48,721 nucleotides of DNA from positions 1 to 48,721 of the forward strand of contig JBKHWA010000009.1 in NCBI GenBank assembly GCA_046566765.1. Reading direction: 5' to 3'. Shown here piece after piece: positions 1-12,270 of the stretch (within the stretch, counting starts at the first letter, position 1; every line of letters starts with the position of its first letter). The notes below the pieces were generated by a model. That model did not search any database. It was not told where the DNA came from and saw only the letters and a list, made by a program, of their open reading frames with translations. A program made the position numbers and the translations under genes. Source of the DNA: Gammaproteobacteria bacterium (lineage in GTDB: Bacteria > Pseudomonadota > Gammaproteobacteria > Pseudomonadales > JADFDG01).

Positions 1-2
1 TC

Positions 3-611
3 GTCGATCGCGAGCGTTACCAGACCGTCTACGCGAAAAATCCCGGCGCTGTTGCCGCTCCCACTGCCGGCCTGCACTTCGACCAGGCACTGCTGGCCCG
101 GCTCGCCGCGAAAGGCGTGCGCAGCACCACGGTAACGCTCCACGTGGGTGCCGGTACTTTCCAGCCGGTGCGGGCGGAAACGGTGAGCGCGCACCGCATG
201 CACAGCGAACGGGTGGATGTGGGCGCCGATGCGGTGCGTGCCGTGCTGGAAACGAAAGCGGCCGGTGGCAGGGTTGTGGCGGTGGGGACGACTGCCGTGC
301 GCAGCCTGGAATCGGCGGCGCTGTTTGCTGAAAGGCAGGCCGGCGTGGCGCCGGCTTCCGGCCAGCAGGGCGCGTTGCTGCCGTATCGCGGCGAGACCGA
401 CATCTTCATCTACCCCGGCTACCGCTTCCGGGTGGTCGACGCGCTGGTGACCAACTTCCACCTGCCGCGCTCGACGCTGCTGATGCTGGTCAGCGCGTTT
501 GCCGGCACCGACCACGTGCTGCACGCGTACCGCGAGGCGGTGCGCGCGCGCTACCGGTTCTTCAGTTACGGAGATGCCATGTTCATCCCGTACCCGAAGC
601 CCGCCGACTGA
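3..611 (+). CDS. queA: S-adenosylmethionine:tRNA ribosyltransferase-isomerase, 5'-truncated by window edge
   Basis: Frame from nt 3 reads [66 protein letters not shown], all QueA motifs; upstream of tgt. Confidence 0.97.
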   Translation, partial: VDRERYQTVYAKNPGAVAAPTAGLHFDQALLARLAAKGVRSTTVTLHVGAGTFQPVRAETVSAHRMHSERVDVGADAVRAVLETKAAGGRVVAVGTTAVRSLESAALFAERQAGVAPASGQQGALLPYRGETDIFIYPGYRFRVVDALVTNFHLPRSTLLMLVSAFAGTDHVLHAYREAVRARYRFFSYGDAMFIPYPKPAD

Positions 612-630
612 TCTGCTGCGAGGACCCTGA

Positions 631-2090
<1,460 letters not shown>

Positions 2091-2174
2091 AACCGGCCTG
2101 CGCGGCCATGGCCGCGCAGGTTTGCCGCTGTTGATTCCTGAATTGCCCGCAAGGGCTACGTGCCGGGAAATTGC

Positions 2175-4046
2175 ATGAACCAGAACTCGTGGTGGACGGT
2201 CCTGCTGGTGGTCGCCGTGGTGACGATCAGCGCGATCTACTCGCTCCCCAACCTGTACCCGGACGAGCCGGCGATCCAGGTATCCGGCGGCAGCGCGTCG
2301 ATGCAGATCAGCGACGATGTCGCGCATCGCGCCGAGGAGGCGCTGAAGGCTGCCAACCTGCCCTACAAGCCGTTCGAGCGGCTCGAGAACTCGATCCTGA
2401 TCCGCATCGGCGACAGCGAGGCGCAGGTCAAGGCCAAGGAAATCGTGCAGGCCGCGCTGGGCGACGGTGTCGTCATCGCCTTCAACCTGGCGCCGACCAC
2501 TCCCGCCTGGATGCTGGCGCTCGGCGCCGACCCGATGAAACTGGGCCTCGACCTGCGCGGCGGCGTGCACTTCATGCTCGAGGTCGACATGGAGAAGGCG
2601 GTCGCCCGTCGCGAGGAAGGCTGGCTGGAGCAGATCCGCACCTCGTTGCGCGAAAAACTGTCCGACGGCCAGCGCTACAAGAGCGTGCGTCGTGGCGCCG
2701 AGGGCATCGAGGTCCGTTTCGAGAGCGCAGAAGTCCGTGATCGTGCAGCCGGCATCATCAAGGGCATGACCAACGACTTCTTCGTGTCCGAGGTCGATGC
2801 CGCCAACGAGTTCATCCTGCTGCTGAAAATGACGCCGGCGGCGCTGAAGGCGATTGCCGACGAGGCCATCGACCAGAACCGCACCACCATCTCCAACCGG
2901 GTGAACGAGCTGGGCGTGGCCGAGCCGCTGGTGCAGCGCCAGGGCATGAACCGCATCGTCGTCGAGCTGCCGGGCGTGCAGGACACGGCTACCGCCAAGC
3001 GCGTGCTCGGCCGCACCGCCAGCCTCGAATTCCGACTGGTCGAACTCGAGGGCGGCGGCGAGGTGTTCCCGTTCAAGGACAACCGCGAGCCGCCGGTCAC
3101 GCTCAAGCGCGAGAAGATCGTCACCGGCGACTCGGTGACCAGCGCCCAGCAGGGCTTCGACCAGCAGAGCAACCAGCCGAACGTCAGCATCACGCTGGAT
3201 ACCAAGGGCGGCCGTGCCATGCAGCGTGCCACGGTCGACAACGTCGGCAAGCCGATGGCAGTGCTGTTCGTCGAAACGAAGTCGGCGGCACGCACAGTGA
3301 CCAACCCGGACGGCAGCAAGAGCGTCGTCATCGACAAGAAGGAAGAAAAGTACGTCATCAACCAGGCGACCATCCGCGACGTGCTGGGCGTGCAGTTCCA
3401 GATCACCGGTCTCGACTCGCCGGCGGAAGCCGCCGAACTCGCGCTGCTGCTGCGCTCCGGCGCGCTGGCCGCGCCGATGTACTTCGTCGAGGAGCGGACC
3501 ATCGGCCCGAGCCTCGGCAAGGAAAATATCCAGGCCGGCCTGCAGGCAGCGGTCTACGGCTTCCTGCTGGTAGTGGTGTTCATGGTGGTGAACTACCGGC
3601 TGTCCGGCGTGTTCGCTTGCATCGCGCTGGTGGGCAACCTGCTGCTGTTGCTGGCGCTGCTGGGCGCGATCAACACTACGCTGACCATGCCCGGCATCGC
3701 CGGTATCGTGCTGACCATGGGCATCGCCGTCGACGCCAACGTGCTGATCAACGAACGTATCCGCGAGGAGCTGCGCAAGGGGTTGCCGGTACAGCAGGCG
3801 ATGGATCGCGGCTACAGTCGCGCGTGGGCCACCATCTTCGACTCGCACATCACGACGATGATCGTCGGCATCATCCTGTTCGCCTTCGGCGCCGGCTCGG
3901 TCAAGGGCTTCGCCATCACGCTGACGCTCGGTATCGCCACCTCGCTGTACACCGCGATCGTCTTCTCGCGGGTGCTGATGAACTGGAAGTACGGCGGTAA
4001 ACCGGTGCAGTCCCTCAGTATCCAGCCGCTGTGGGTGCGCGCATGA
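2175..4046 (+). CDS. secD: Protein translocase subunit SecD
   Basis: KLGLDLRGGVHF, NRVNELGVAEP, VELPGVQD, IGPSLG, MGIAVDANVLINERIREE; ATG at 2175 chosen as start. Confidence 0.97.
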   Translation: MNQNSWWTVLLVVAVVTISAIYSLPNLYPDEPAIQVSGGSASMQISDDVAHRAEEALKAANLPYKPFERLENSILIRIGDSEAQVKAKEIVQAALGDGVVIAFNLAPTTPAWMLALGADPMKLGLDLRGGVHFMLEVDMEKAVARREEGWLEQIRTSLREKLSDGQRYKSVRRGAEGIEVRFESAEVRDRAAGIIKGMTNDFFVSEVDAANEFILLLKMTPAALKAIADEAIDQNRTTISNRVNELGVAEPLVQRQGMNRIVVELPGVQDTATAKRVLGRTASLEFRLVELEGGGEVFPFKDNREPPVTLKREKIVTGDSVTSAQQGFDQQSNQPNVSITLDTKGGRAMQRATVDNVGKPMAVLFVETKSAARTVTNPDGSKSVVIDKKEEKYVINQATIRDVLGVQFQITGLDSPAEAAELALLLRSGALAAPMYFVEERTIGPSLGKENIQAGLQAAVYGFLLVVVFMVVNYRLSGVFACIALVGNLLLLLALLGAINTTLTMPGIAGIVLTMGIAVDANVLINERIREELRKGLPVQQAMDRGYSRAWATIFDSHITTMIVGIILFAFGAGSVKGFAITLTLGIATSLYTAIVFSRVLMNWKYGGKPVQSLSIQPLWVRA

Positions 4047-5041
4047 CTACCAATACGAAAAACGGCAATGGCCAGGCAGTGAAGCAGGCCGTGGATGTGG
4101 AAGAACTGTCGGTCGCCCACATCGAGCACACCCGCGCCATCAACTTCATGAGGCTGGCGCCGTACATGACCGGCCTGTCGATCATCATGACGGTTGGCGC
4201 GATCCTGCTGCTGGTGTTCAAGGGCCTGAACCTTGGCCTCGACTTCACCGGCGGCACGCTGCTGGAGGTCCGCTACGCGCAGGAGGCGAACCTCGAGCAG
4301 GTTCGCTCGCAACTGGCGGCAGCCGGCCACAAGGAAGCGGTGGTGCAGCACTTCGGAACCCCGCGCGACGTGCTGATCCGCATCCCGCCGGAAGAGGGCA
4401 CCGACCAGGCCCGGCTCGGCACCGCGGTGGCCGAGGCGCTGCAGGCAGCCAGCCCGGACATGATCGTCTCCCGCACCGAGTTCGTCGGCCCCGCGGTCGG
4501 CAAGGAGTTGCGCGACGATTCCGGTACGGCGCTGCTGATGTCGCTGCTGTTGATGATGCTGTTCGTGTCATTCCGATTCGTCTGGCGGCTCTCGCTGGGC
4601 TCGGTGCTGGCGCTGGGTCATGACGCGATCATCGTCATCGGCTGCTTTGCGCTGTTCCAGTGGACCTTCGATCTCACCGTGCTGGCGGCGGTGCTGGCGA
4701 TCATCGGCTACTCGATCAACGAGAGCATCGTCGTCGGCGACCGGGTGCGCGAGAACTTCCGTATCCTGCGCAAGGGCACCACGCCGGAAATCATCAACGG
4801 CGCGGTGACGCAGACGCTGTCGCGGACGGTGATGACGGCATCCACCACGTTCCTGTCCGCCTGCGCGCTGTTCATCTGGGGTGGTGACGCCATCCACAAC
4901 TTCGCGCTGGCGATGATGATCGGCGTGAGCTTCGGCACCTACTCGTCGGTGTTCGTCGCCTCGTCGCTGATGATGTACCTGGGCGTCAGCCGTGACGACT
5001 TCGTCGTGCAAAAAGTCGAGGAAATCGACGACCGGCCCTGA
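4043..5041 (+). CDS. secF: Protein translocase subunit SecF
   Basis: GLNLGLDFTGG, EFVGPAVGKEL, IIGYSINESIVVGDRVREN, QTLSRT; ATGA overlap with secD stop. Confidence 0.96.
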   Translation: MTTNTKNGNGQAVKQAVDVEELSVAHIEHTRAINFMRLAPYMTGLSIIMTVGAILLLVFKGLNLGLDFTGGTLLEVRYAQEANLEQVRSQLAAAGHKEAVVQHFGTPRDVLIRIPPEEGTDQARLGTAVAEALQAASPDMIVSRTEFVGPAVGKELRDDSGTALLMSLLLMMLFVSFRFVWRLSLGSVLALGHDAIIVIGCFALFQWTFDLTVLAAVLAIIGYSINESIVVGDRVRENFRILRKGTTPEIINGAVTQTLSRTVMTASTTFLSACALFIWGGDAIHNFALAMMIGVSFGTYSSVFVASSLMMYLGVSRDDFVVQKVEEIDDRP

Positions 5042-5059
5042 TCCGGGCCGGGGCCGCGC

Positions 5060-6787
5060 ATGCCGCATGACATCGACCTGATCACCACCATCGCCGCCGG
5101 CCTCGGGCTGGCGCTGGTGTTCGGGTTCCTGGTGACGAAACTGCGGCTGCCGGCGCTGGTCGGCTACCTGCTGGCCGGCATCCTGATCGGCCCGTTCACC
5201 CCGGGATTCACCGCCGACGTCGGTCTCGCCCAGCAGTTGGCCGAGATCGGCGTGATCCTGCTGATGTTCGGCGTTGGCCTGCATTTTTCCCTCGACGACC
5301 TGCTCTCCGTCCGGCGCATCGCCTTGCCCGGCGCCATCGCGCAGATCCTGGTCGCCACACTGCTCGGCATTGGCCTCGCCGCGTTCTGGGGTTGGTCGTT
5401 CGGCGCCGGCCTGGTGTTCGGGCTGGCGCTGTCGGTGGCCAGCACGGTGGTGCTGCTGCGCGCGCTGGAGGACCGGCGGCTGCTGGGCTCGCTGAATGGC
5501 CGCATCGCGGTCGGCTGGCTGGTGGTCGAGGACCTCGCCATGGTGCTGGTGCTCGTGCTGCTGCCGCCGCTGGCCGGCTGGCTGCAGGGTGGATCGGCGG
5601 GTAGTGCCGGTGGCGCCGGCGCGCTGGCCTGGTCGCTGGCATCGACCATCGGCAAGGTGGCGCTGTTCGCGGCGCTGATGTTGCTGGTGGGTCGCCGGCT
5701 TTTTCCCTGGTTGCTGTTGCAGGTATCGCGCACCGGTTCGCGCGAACTTTTCACGCTGGCGGTGATTGCCGCCGCGCTGGGTGTTGCCTACGTTGCCGCT
5801 GCGCTGTTCGGCGTGTCGTTCGCGCTCGGCGCGTTTTTCGCCGGCATGGTGCTGCGCGAGTCGGACCTCAGTTCGCGCGCAGCGCACGAATCGTTGCCGC
5901 TGCGCGATGCCTTCGCGGTGCTGTTCTTCGTCGCCGTCGGCATGCTGTTCGACCCGGTGGTGCTGTTCGAGCATCCTCTGCGGGTGGTGGCGGTGGTCGC
6001 CGTCATCCTGTTCGGCAAGTCGCTGGCCGCGTTCGTCATCGTGCTGCTGTTCCGTTATCCGCTGAACACCGCGCTGACGGTTTCCGCGAGCCTGGCGCAG
6101 ATCGGCGAGTTCTCGTTCATCCTCGCGGCGCTGGGGGTGTCGCTGGGTTTGCTGTCCACCGAGGCCCAGAGCCTGGTGCTGGCCGGTGCGCTCATATCCA
6201 TCGCGCTGAACCCGCTGGTGTTCCATGCCATCGAGCCGGTGCAGGCGTGGATCCGGCGCCGCTCTCGGCTGGCCCGGCTGGTCGAGCGCAGCGACGACCC
6301 GCTGGCGGAGCTGCCGATGAGCACCGACCTGCGACACCTGACCGGCCACGTGGTGCTGGTCGGCTATGGCCACATCGGGCGACGTATTGCCGAGGCGTTG
6401 CAGGCGCAGGGTGTTTCCTGCGTGGTCGCCGAGCAGAACCGCGAGATCGTGCAGTCGTTGCGGGCACGGGGGCTGCCGGCAGTGTCGGGCGACGCGGTCG
6501 AGCCGGCGGTGCTGATCCAGGCGCACGTGACGCGGGCGGCGATGCTGGTGATCACCGCGCCGGAGGCGATCCCCGCGCTGCGGATGATCGAGATTGCGCG
6601 GACGCTGAATCCGGGCATCGAGGTCATGGTGCGCACGCACAGCGATGACGAGTACGAGTTGCTGTCGCGCCAGCATGCCGGCCAGTTGTTCCATGGCGAG
6701 CACGAGCTGGCCGCGAGCATGGCGCGGCAGGCGCTGGCGCACATGGCGGCGCGCCGCGACGCCACGCCGGTTGCCGGTGGCCAATAA
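5060..6787 (+). CDS. ybaL: CPA2-family cation:proton antiporter (YbaL/RosB-like) with C-terminal TrkA-N/RCK domain
   Basis: LVGYLLAG..GPFTPGF, LAEIGVILLMFGVGLHFS, SVASTVVLLRAL, LAQIGEFSFILA, VVLVGYGHIG. Confidence 0.88.
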   Translation: MPHDIDLITTIAAGLGLALVFGFLVTKLRLPALVGYLLAGILIGPFTPGFTADVGLAQQLAEIGVILLMFGVGLHFSLDDLLSVRRIALPGAIAQILVATLLGIGLAAFWGWSFGAGLVFGLALSVASTVVLLRALEDRRLLGSLNGRIAVGWLVVEDLAMVLVLVLLPPLAGWLQGGSAGSAGGAGALAWSLASTIGKVALFAALMLLVGRRLFPWLLLQVSRTGSRELFTLAVIAAALGVAYVAAALFGVSFALGAFFAGMVLRESDLSSRAAHESLPLRDAFAVLFFVAVGMLFDPVVLFEHPLRVVAVVAVILFGKSLAAFVIVLLFRYPLNTALTVSASLAQIGEFSFILAALGVSLGLLSTEAQSLVLAGALISIALNPLVFHAIEPVQAWIRRRSRLARLVERSDDPLAELPMSTDLRHLTGHVVLVGYGHIGRRIAEALQAQGVSCVVAEQNREIVQSLRARGLPAVSGDAVEPAVLIQAHVTRAAMLVITAPEAIPALRMIEIARTLNPGIEVMVRTHSDDEYELLSRQHAGQLFHGEHELAASMARQALAHMAARRDATPVAGGQ

Positions 6788-6814
6788 AAAAGCCCGCATC
6801 GCTGCGGGCTTTTT
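6786..6814. terminator. Bidirectional intrinsic terminator between convergent ybaL and suhB
   Basis: AAAAAAGCCCGCA-TCGC-TGCGGGCTTTTT: GC stem flanked by A and T tracts. Confidence 0.88.
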
Positions 6815-6828
6815 GTTGCCGACGAGCT

Positions 6829-7644
6829 TCAGCGCCGCCAGCTTTCCGGCACGTTCGGCGCGATCGTTTTCAGCAGTGCCTTCAGCACCTTCGGATTGCC
6901 GCCGACGATGTGGCCGCGGTCGAGGTGATTCTCGCCGCCGTTGAAATCGCTGACCAGGCCACCGGCCTCGGTGATCAGCAGGCAGCCGGCCGCCATGTCC
7001 CACGGCTTGAGCCCGAATTCCCAGAAGCCGTCCAGGCGGCCGGCGGCAACGTAGGCGAGATCGAGCGCGGCAGAGCCCGGGCGGCGGATGCCGGCGGTCT
7101 GCTGGGCCACGTCCTTGAACATCGCCAGGTAGGCGTCGATGTGCGGCATCTGCTCCTGGCGGAACGGGAAGCCGGTGCCGATCAGCGCGCCCTCCAGCGA
7201 CTTGCGGTCGCTGACGCGGATGCGGCGGTCATTGAGTTGCGCGCCGCGGCCGCGCGACGCGGTGAATTCTTCCTTGCGCAGCGGATCGTAGATCACCGCG
7301 TGCTCGATGCGGCCGTTGACCTGCACGGCAATCGACACCGCGAATTGCGGGAAGCCGTGGATGAAATTGGTGGTGCCGTCGAGCGGGTCGATGATCCACT
7401 CGGTATCGGTGTTCGGCGCGCCCTCGATGCGGCCGCTCTCCTCGGTCACGATGGCGTGCTTCGGGTAGGCCTTGCGTATCGCGTCGATCACCGCGTTCTC
7501 GGCGGCGCGATCGATGGCGGTGACGAAATCGTTCTGCCCCTTGCTTTCCACCACGAGCGGTTTGGCGCGCACCAGCGCCTCTTCCATGATGCGGCCGGCG
7601 GCGCGGGCGGCGCCGAGGGCGATGTTGACGATGGGCTGGTGCAT
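6829..7644 (-). CDS. suhB: Inositol-1-monophosphatase / Nus factor SuhB
   Basis: DFVTAIDRAAE, WIIDPLDGTTNFIHG, RRPGSAALDLAYVAAGRLDGFWE, WDMAAG; divergent from trmJ. Confidence 0.96.
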   Translation of the reverse strand: MHQPIVNIALGAARAAGRIMEEALVRAKPLVVESKGQNDFVTAIDRAAENAVIDAIRKAYPKHAIVTEESGRIEGAPNTDTEWIIDPLDGTTNFIHGFPQFAVSIAVQVNGRIEHAVIYDPLRKEEFTASRGRGAQLNDRRIRVSDRKSLEGALIGTGFPFRQEQMPHIDAYLAMFKDVAQQTAGIRRPGSAALDLAYVAAGRLDGFWEFGLKPWDMAAGCLLITEAGGLVSDFNGGENHLDRGHIVGGNPKVLKALLKTIAPNVPESWRR

Positions 7645-7810
7645 GGCGGCAACCTCTGCTGGCGGCGGCGGTCACTGGCGACCGGCGCTCGTGGTGATAT
7701 CGGGGTTAAAGAACGATCCTCGCGCCTCGGCGGCGCGGCGGGGGCGCCATCCTAGCAGAAGCCGGGCACGCCGGCCCTGCCAGCGGCCGGCCGGGCGGGG
7801 GGCGGGCAGG

Positions 7811-7825
7811 TATACTGCGCGCCCC
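7811..7825 (+). promoter_or_regulatory. Putative sigma70 -10 element (TATACT) with GC-rich discriminator for trmJ-cysE
   Basis: TATACTGCGCGCCCC about 30 nt upstream of the trmJ ATG; no clear -35. Confidence 0.45.
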
Positions 7826-7847
7826 CTTTGCCACCCGTCGCCGGCCC

Positions 7848-8708
7848 ATGCTGGACCGCATCCGCATCGTCATGGTCAACACCTCGCACGCCGGCAACAT
7901 CGGCGCGGCGGCGCGCGCGATGAAGGTCATGGGCCTGAAGCAGTTGTGGCTGGTCGACCCGGTGACCTTCACCGGCGTCGCCGCCGGCGATCCCGGTGCC
8001 GGGGCCGAGGGCCCGCACAGCGGCAGCCGCGAGGTGGCGATGGCGTCCGGCGCCGTGGACCTGCTGGCGGCGGCGCGGGTAGTCACCACCCTCGACGAGG
8101 CGCTTGCCGGCTGCTCGCTGGTGCTGGGCGCCAGCGCCCGGGTGCGCACCGTGCCCTGGCCGCACCTGATGGCCGACCGCGGCGCCGCCACCGCGCTGGA
8201 ACAGTTGCAGGTGCCCGGCAGCGGCGACGTCGCCTTCGTGTTCGGGCGCGAGAACAGCGGGCTGAACAACGACGAACTGGCACGTTGCCATTTTCACGTG
8301 GAAATCCCCGGCAACCCGGAATACCCGGTGCTGAACGTGGCGGCGGCGATCCAGGTGATCGCCTGGGAGTTGCGCCGGCAATGGCTGGCCGGCGCCGGAG
8401 CGTCGTCGCCGGCGGACGGCAGGCACGCGGAGATGACGCTGGAGCGGGTACGCTGGGACAAGCCGCCGGCCACCGCCGACGAGCTCGAGAAATTCTTCGC
8501 GCACCTTGAGAAAACCTTGCTCGACCTCGAATTCTTCGTGGTGGATGATCCCCGCCAGTTGCTGGTCCGTTTGCGTCGCCTGTTCCTGCGCGCGCGGCCG
8601 GACGAGGTCGAGATGAAGATCCTGCGCGGCATTCTTGGCGCCGCGCAGCGTGCTGCCGCCGCCGCCGCCGCCGGCAAGGCCGGCGAAAAATCCCCGGGAG
8701 GGAAGTGA
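7848..8708 (+). CDS. trmJ: tRNA (cytidine/uridine-2'-O)-methyltransferase, SPOUT family
   Basis: [64 protein letters not shown]. Confidence 0.94.
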   Translation: MLDRIRIVMVNTSHAGNIGAAARAMKVMGLKQLWLVDPVTFTGVAAGDPGAGAEGPHSGSREVAMASGAVDLLAAARVVTTLDEALAGCSLVLGASARVRTVPWPHLMADRGAATALEQLQVPGSGDVAFVFGRENSGLNNDELARCHFHVEIPGNPEYPVLNVAAAIQVIAWELRRQWLAGAGASSPADGRHAEMTLERVRWDKPPATADELEKFFAHLEKTLLDLEFFVVDDPRQLLVRLRRLFLRARPDEVEMKILRGILGAAQRAAAAAAAGKAGEKSPGGK

Positions 8709-9508
8709 TGTTCGGACAACTGCGGGAAGACGTGCGCTCGGTGTTCGCCCGCGACCCGGCGGCGCGCAACACGCTGGAAGTGCTGCTGACCTACCCGGGC
8801 CTGCACGCGCTGATTTTCCATCGCGCTTCGCACTGGCTGTGGAACCACGGCCTGAAGTTGCTCGCCCGCATCCTGAGCACCTTCGCGCGCTGGCTGACCG
8901 GCATCGAGATCCATCCGGGTGCGAAGATCGGCAAGCGCTTCTTCATCGACCACGGCATGGGCGTGGTGATCGGCGAGACCGCGGAGATCGGCGACGACGT
9001 GACGATCTACCACGGCGTCACGCTGGGCGGCACCACCTGGAACAAGGGCAAGCGCCACCCGACGCTGGAGAGCGGCGTGGTGGTCGGTGCCGGCGCCAAG
9101 GTGCTTGGCCCGATCGTGGTCGGTGCCGGCGCGCGCGTCGGTTCCAACTCGGTGGTGACCCGCGCGGTGCCGCCGGGTGCAACGGTGGTCGGCATCCCGG
9201 GCCGGGTGATCCTGCGTGATGCAGCGTCCAGTGCCGACGACGCGGCGAAGAAGGCGCTGGCGGAGAAGATCGGCTTCGATGCCTACGGCGTCGGCGGCGA
9301 CATGCCCGACCCGGTGGCCCGTGCCATCCACGGCCTGATCGACCATGTCCACGCCACCGAGAAGCGGGTGGACGGCATGTGCGAGGCCCTGCGCAAGCTC
9401 GGCAGCGACTACTGCGACCAGAAACCGCCCGCGCTCAAGGACGACCTGCTGGATGTCGACGACCAGCCAGCCAGTTCCGGTGCGGGGTCAGGGCGCAGCG
9501 AGCGCTGA
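8708..9508 (+). CDS. cysE: Serine O-acetyltransferase
   Basis: [59 protein letters not shown]. Confidence 0.96.
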   Translation: MFGQLREDVRSVFARDPAARNTLEVLLTYPGLHALIFHRASHWLWNHGLKLLARILSTFARWLTGIEIHPGAKIGKRFFIDHGMGVVIGETAEIGDDVTIYHGVTLGGTTWNKGKRHPTLESGVVVGAGAKVLGPIVVGAGARVGSNSVVTRAVPPGATVVGIPGRVILRDAASSADDAAKKALAEKIGFDAYGVGGDMPDPVARAIHGLIDHVHATEKRVDGMCEALRKLGSDYCDQKPPALKDDLLDVDDQPASSGAGSGRSER

Positions 9509-9530
9509 CATCGTTACGGGCGTCCCGGCA

Positions 9531-9555
9531 ATAGTTGACAGATTTGGTCGGGTAA
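9531..9555 (+). promoter_or_regulatory. IscR type-1-like operator overlapping the -35 (TTGACA) of iscR
   Basis: ATAGTTGACAGATTTGGTCGGGTAA resembles the 25-bp type-1 consensus ATASYYGACTRwwwYAGTCRRSTAT; about 50 nt upstream of iscR. Confidence 0.8.
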
Positions 9556-9606
9556 TGGATTCTGCGGCGGTCCAGCAACCGGAGCCCGCGCGGCAGGAAG
9601 TTTCCC

Positions 9607-10071
9607 ATGCGCCTGACCACCAAGGGTCGCTACGCCGTCACGGCGATGCTCGACCTCGCCCTCCACGCCGATCACGGACCGGTCAGCCTCGCCGACATTT
9701 CCGAGCGGCAGTCGATCTCCATTTCCTACCTCGAGCAGTTGTTCGCCCGCCTGCGCAAGAGCGGGCTGGTGACCAGCGTGCGCGGGCCGGGCGGTGGCTA
9801 CCGGCTGGCGCGGCCGGCCAGCGAGGTGTTCGTCGCCAGCATCGTCGATTCGGTCGATGAGCAGGTCGACGCCACCCGCTGCGGCGGCGAGGGCACCTGC
9901 CAGGAAGGCGAGATGTGCCTCACCCACTACCTCTGGCAGGACCTGTCGGCGCAGATTCATGCATTCCTTTCCGGCATCAGCCTGGGCGACCTGGTTAGCC
10001 GGCAGGAAGTGCGCAGCATCAGCGACCGCCAGCGCGGCAAGCAACGGGGCGACGTCATCACCCTGCGCTGA
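9607..10071 (+). CDS. iscR: Fe-S cluster assembly transcription factor (Rrf2 family)
   Basis: [38 protein letters not shown], cluster ligands C..C..CLTH intact. Confidence 0.97.
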   Translation: MRLTTKGRYAVTAMLDLALHADHGPVSLADISERQSISISYLEQLFARLRKSGLVTSVRGPGGGYRLARPASEVFVASIVDSVDEQVDATRCGGEGTCQEGEMCLTHYLWQDLSAQIHAFLSGISLGDLVSRQEVRSISDRQRGKQRGDVITLR

Positions 10072-10120
10072 GTTTCTGCGAGAATCGGCAGCCTTATCCG
10101 CCAGGTTGCCGACCCGCGCC

Positions 10121-11284
10121 GTGAGCAAGCCGATCTACCTCGATTACGCCGCCACCACGCCGGCCGATCCGCGCGTGGTTTCCCGCATGTGCGAATTCCT
10201 CGGGCCGGACGCGCAGTTCGGCAATCCCGCCTCGCGCACGCACGCCTATGGCTGGTTCGCGGAAGAGGCGGTGGAGAATGCACGCGCGCAGGTGGCCGAG
10301 CTGCTGAACTGCGATCCGCGCGAACTGGTGTGGACCTCCGGCGCCACCGAGAGCGACAACCTGGCGATCAAGGGCGTGGCGCAGTACTTCGCCCGGGATT
10401 CCGCCGGCAATCGCGGCCATATCGTCACCAGCACCATCGAGCACAAGGCGGTGGTCGACAGCTGCAAGTGGCTGGAGAAGCAGGGCTTCGAAGTCAGCTG
10501 GCTGAAGCCGGGCAGCGACGGCGTGATCGCGCCGTCGCAACTGGCGGCGGCGCTGCGCGACGACACGCTGCTGGTATCGCTGATGCACGTGAACAACGAG
10601 CTCGGCACGGTGAACGATATCGCCGCGCTGGGCGCGCTGTGCCGCGAGCGACGGGTGCTGTTCCATGTCGACGCGGCGCAGGCGCCCGGCAAGCTGGCGA
10701 TCGATCTCGCCGCGTTGCCGGTCGATCTCATGAGTTTCAGTGCGCACAAGATCTACGGGCCGAAGGGTGTCGGCGCGCTGTACGTGCGGCGCGACCCGCG
10801 GGTGCAGCTGGCGGCGCAGATCCACGGCGGTGGCCACGAGCGTGGCCTGCGTTCGGGCACGCTGGCGACGCACCAGCTGGCCGGCATGGGCGAGGCCTTT
10901 GCGATCGCGCAGGCGGAAATGGCGGCCGACAACGCGCGCATCGCCGCGCTGCGCGATCGTTTCCTTGCCGGCGTACAGGCGCTGGGCAACGTGCAACTCA
11001 ACGGCAGCGCCACGCAGCGCGTGCCGCACATCCTCAACCTCGCCTTCGACGGGCTCGACGGCGAGGTGTTGCTCAATGCCTTGAAAGGCATCGCCGTTTC
11101 CACCGGCTCGGCCTGCAACTCGGCGACGGTGGAGCCCAGCTACGTGCTCACCGGCATCGGCCTGCCGCGGTCACGCGCGGAATCCTCGCTGCGGTTTTCC
11201 TTCGGCCGCTACACCACCGGCGACGACATCGACCGCGCGCTGGCGCTGCTGCGCGACGTGGTCCTGCGCCTGCGCGCTCAGTGA
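10121..11284 (+). CDS. iscS: IscS-type (group I) cysteine desulfurase
   Basis: GTG start; [39 protein letters not shown] (PLP lysine), [17 protein letters not shown] (catalytic Cys). Confidence 0.93.
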   Translation: MSKPIYLDYAATTPADPRVVSRMCEFLGPDAQFGNPASRTHAYGWFAEEAVENARAQVAELLNCDPRELVWTSGATESDNLAIKGVAQYFARDSAGNRGHIVTSTIEHKAVVDSCKWLEKQGFEVSWLKPGSDGVIAPSQLAAALRDDTLLVSLMHVNNELGTVNDIAALGALCRERRVLFHVDAAQAPGKLAIDLAALPVDLMSFSAHKIYGPKGVGALYVRRDPRVQLAAQIHGGGHERGLRSGTLATHQLAGMGEAFAIAQAEMAADNARIAALRDRFLAGVQALGNVQLNGSATQRVPHILNLAFDGLDGEVLLNALKGIAVSTGSACNSATVEPSYVLTGIGLPRSRAESSLRFSFGRYTTGDDIDRALALLRDVVLRLRAQ

Positions 11285-12270
11285 ACCGCGAGCGGAACCC
11301 CGGCGTCCGTCGTCGCGTACGCTGACGCGGCGTGCAGCGCCGAGCGCACGGCGGCCGGTGCCGTGCGTTGCGCGGTTTCGAAAACCCGCAGCCGCCGCGC
11401 CGGATCCATCATGTTGAAGCCGATCGCCCCGAGGTCTTCCGCGCCCGGCTCCAGCCGGACCACCCGGATGCCGGCGCGTTCGAGTTGCGCCACTTCACGA
11501 TCGACGATCGCCGTCATGTAGCGGCGTGCCGCGCGCTCGATGCGTGCCAGCGGCGAGCGCGGTGCATCCGGATAGGTCGAGGCCATCGGCGCCAGCACGA
11601 TCGCTTCGTGCACGCCCTGGCCGAGCAGCATGTCGGCGGAAACCGGCGAGGCGATGCCGCCGTCGAGGTAGGTGTGGCCGCCGTGCGTGACCGGCGGGCA
11701 CCAGCCCGGCACGGCGTAGGACGCGCAGACCGCGCGATTGAGCGGCAGTTGCGGTGCGTCGGCGCGGCCCAGCGGCACGCGCGCGCCGGACTGTGCATCG
11801 ACCGCCATGATCCAGGTCGCCGGGTGCGGCGCCCATTCGCCGGCCGGCACCACGCTGTCGACCAGGTTCATGAACGGTTGCATGTCGGCGCGTCCCCGCG
11901 GCAGCAGGCCGGTGATTGCCGTCAGCGGGCTCACCTCGCCGCGCAGGCCGCGCGCCAGCAGCGCCGCGCCGGTGAGGGCGGCGCCGGGCAGCGGCGGCAG
12001 GGCGCCGCCGGTATCGGTGTCGTGGTTCCAGATGCAGTCACCGGCATCGCCGCGTTCGCTGGCCATCATGCGCTCAACGCTGACGCCGGCGGCCAGCAGT
12101 GCTGCCAGCACGGCGCCGGCCGAGGTGCCGATGAAAATGTCGGCTTCGCGCGCGTCCCAGCGCAGCTGGCGCTGCAGTTCGTCCAGCGTGGCGATCGACC
12201 AGGCGGCACCGGCAACGCCGCCGCAGCCGAGCACCAGTGCGCGCTTGCCGTTTTTCTTCTCGTTACGCAT
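11278..12270 (-). CDS. Patatin-like phospholipase/esterase
   Basis: LGCGGVAG glycine loop, GTSAG nucleophile, YLDGG catalytic Asp; start overlaps BVMO stop. Confidence 0.88.
   Translation of the reverse strand: MRNEKKNGKRALVLGCGGVAGAAWSIATLDELQRQLRWDAREADIFIGTSAGAVLAALLAAGVSVERMMASERGDAGDCIWNHDTDTGGALPPLPGAALTGAALLARGLRGEVSPLTAITGLLPRGRADMQPFMNLVDSVVPAGEWAPHPATWIMAVDAQSGARVPLGRADAPQLPLNRAVCASYAVPGWCPPVTHGGHTYLDGGIASPVSADMLLGQGVHEAIVLAPMASTYPDAPRSPLARIERAARRYMTAIVDREVAQLERAGIRVVRLEPGAEDLGAIGFNMMDPARRLRVFETAQRTAPAAVRSALHAASAYATTDAGVPLAVH

Noticed and set aside
8652-8672. GCC run (poly-Ala) at the trmJ 3' end as a phase-variable tract
   Set aside because: In-frame triplet in a non-conserved tail; slippage would not switch expression
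9794-10120. N-terminal extensions given by the ORF track for iscS, and likewise pilF (from 24398), kinase (from 35530), GH29 (from 45290), sufA (from 19230) and oxygenase (from 17593)
   Set aside because: They overlap upstream genes in another frame; family homology starts at the downstream start codons I used
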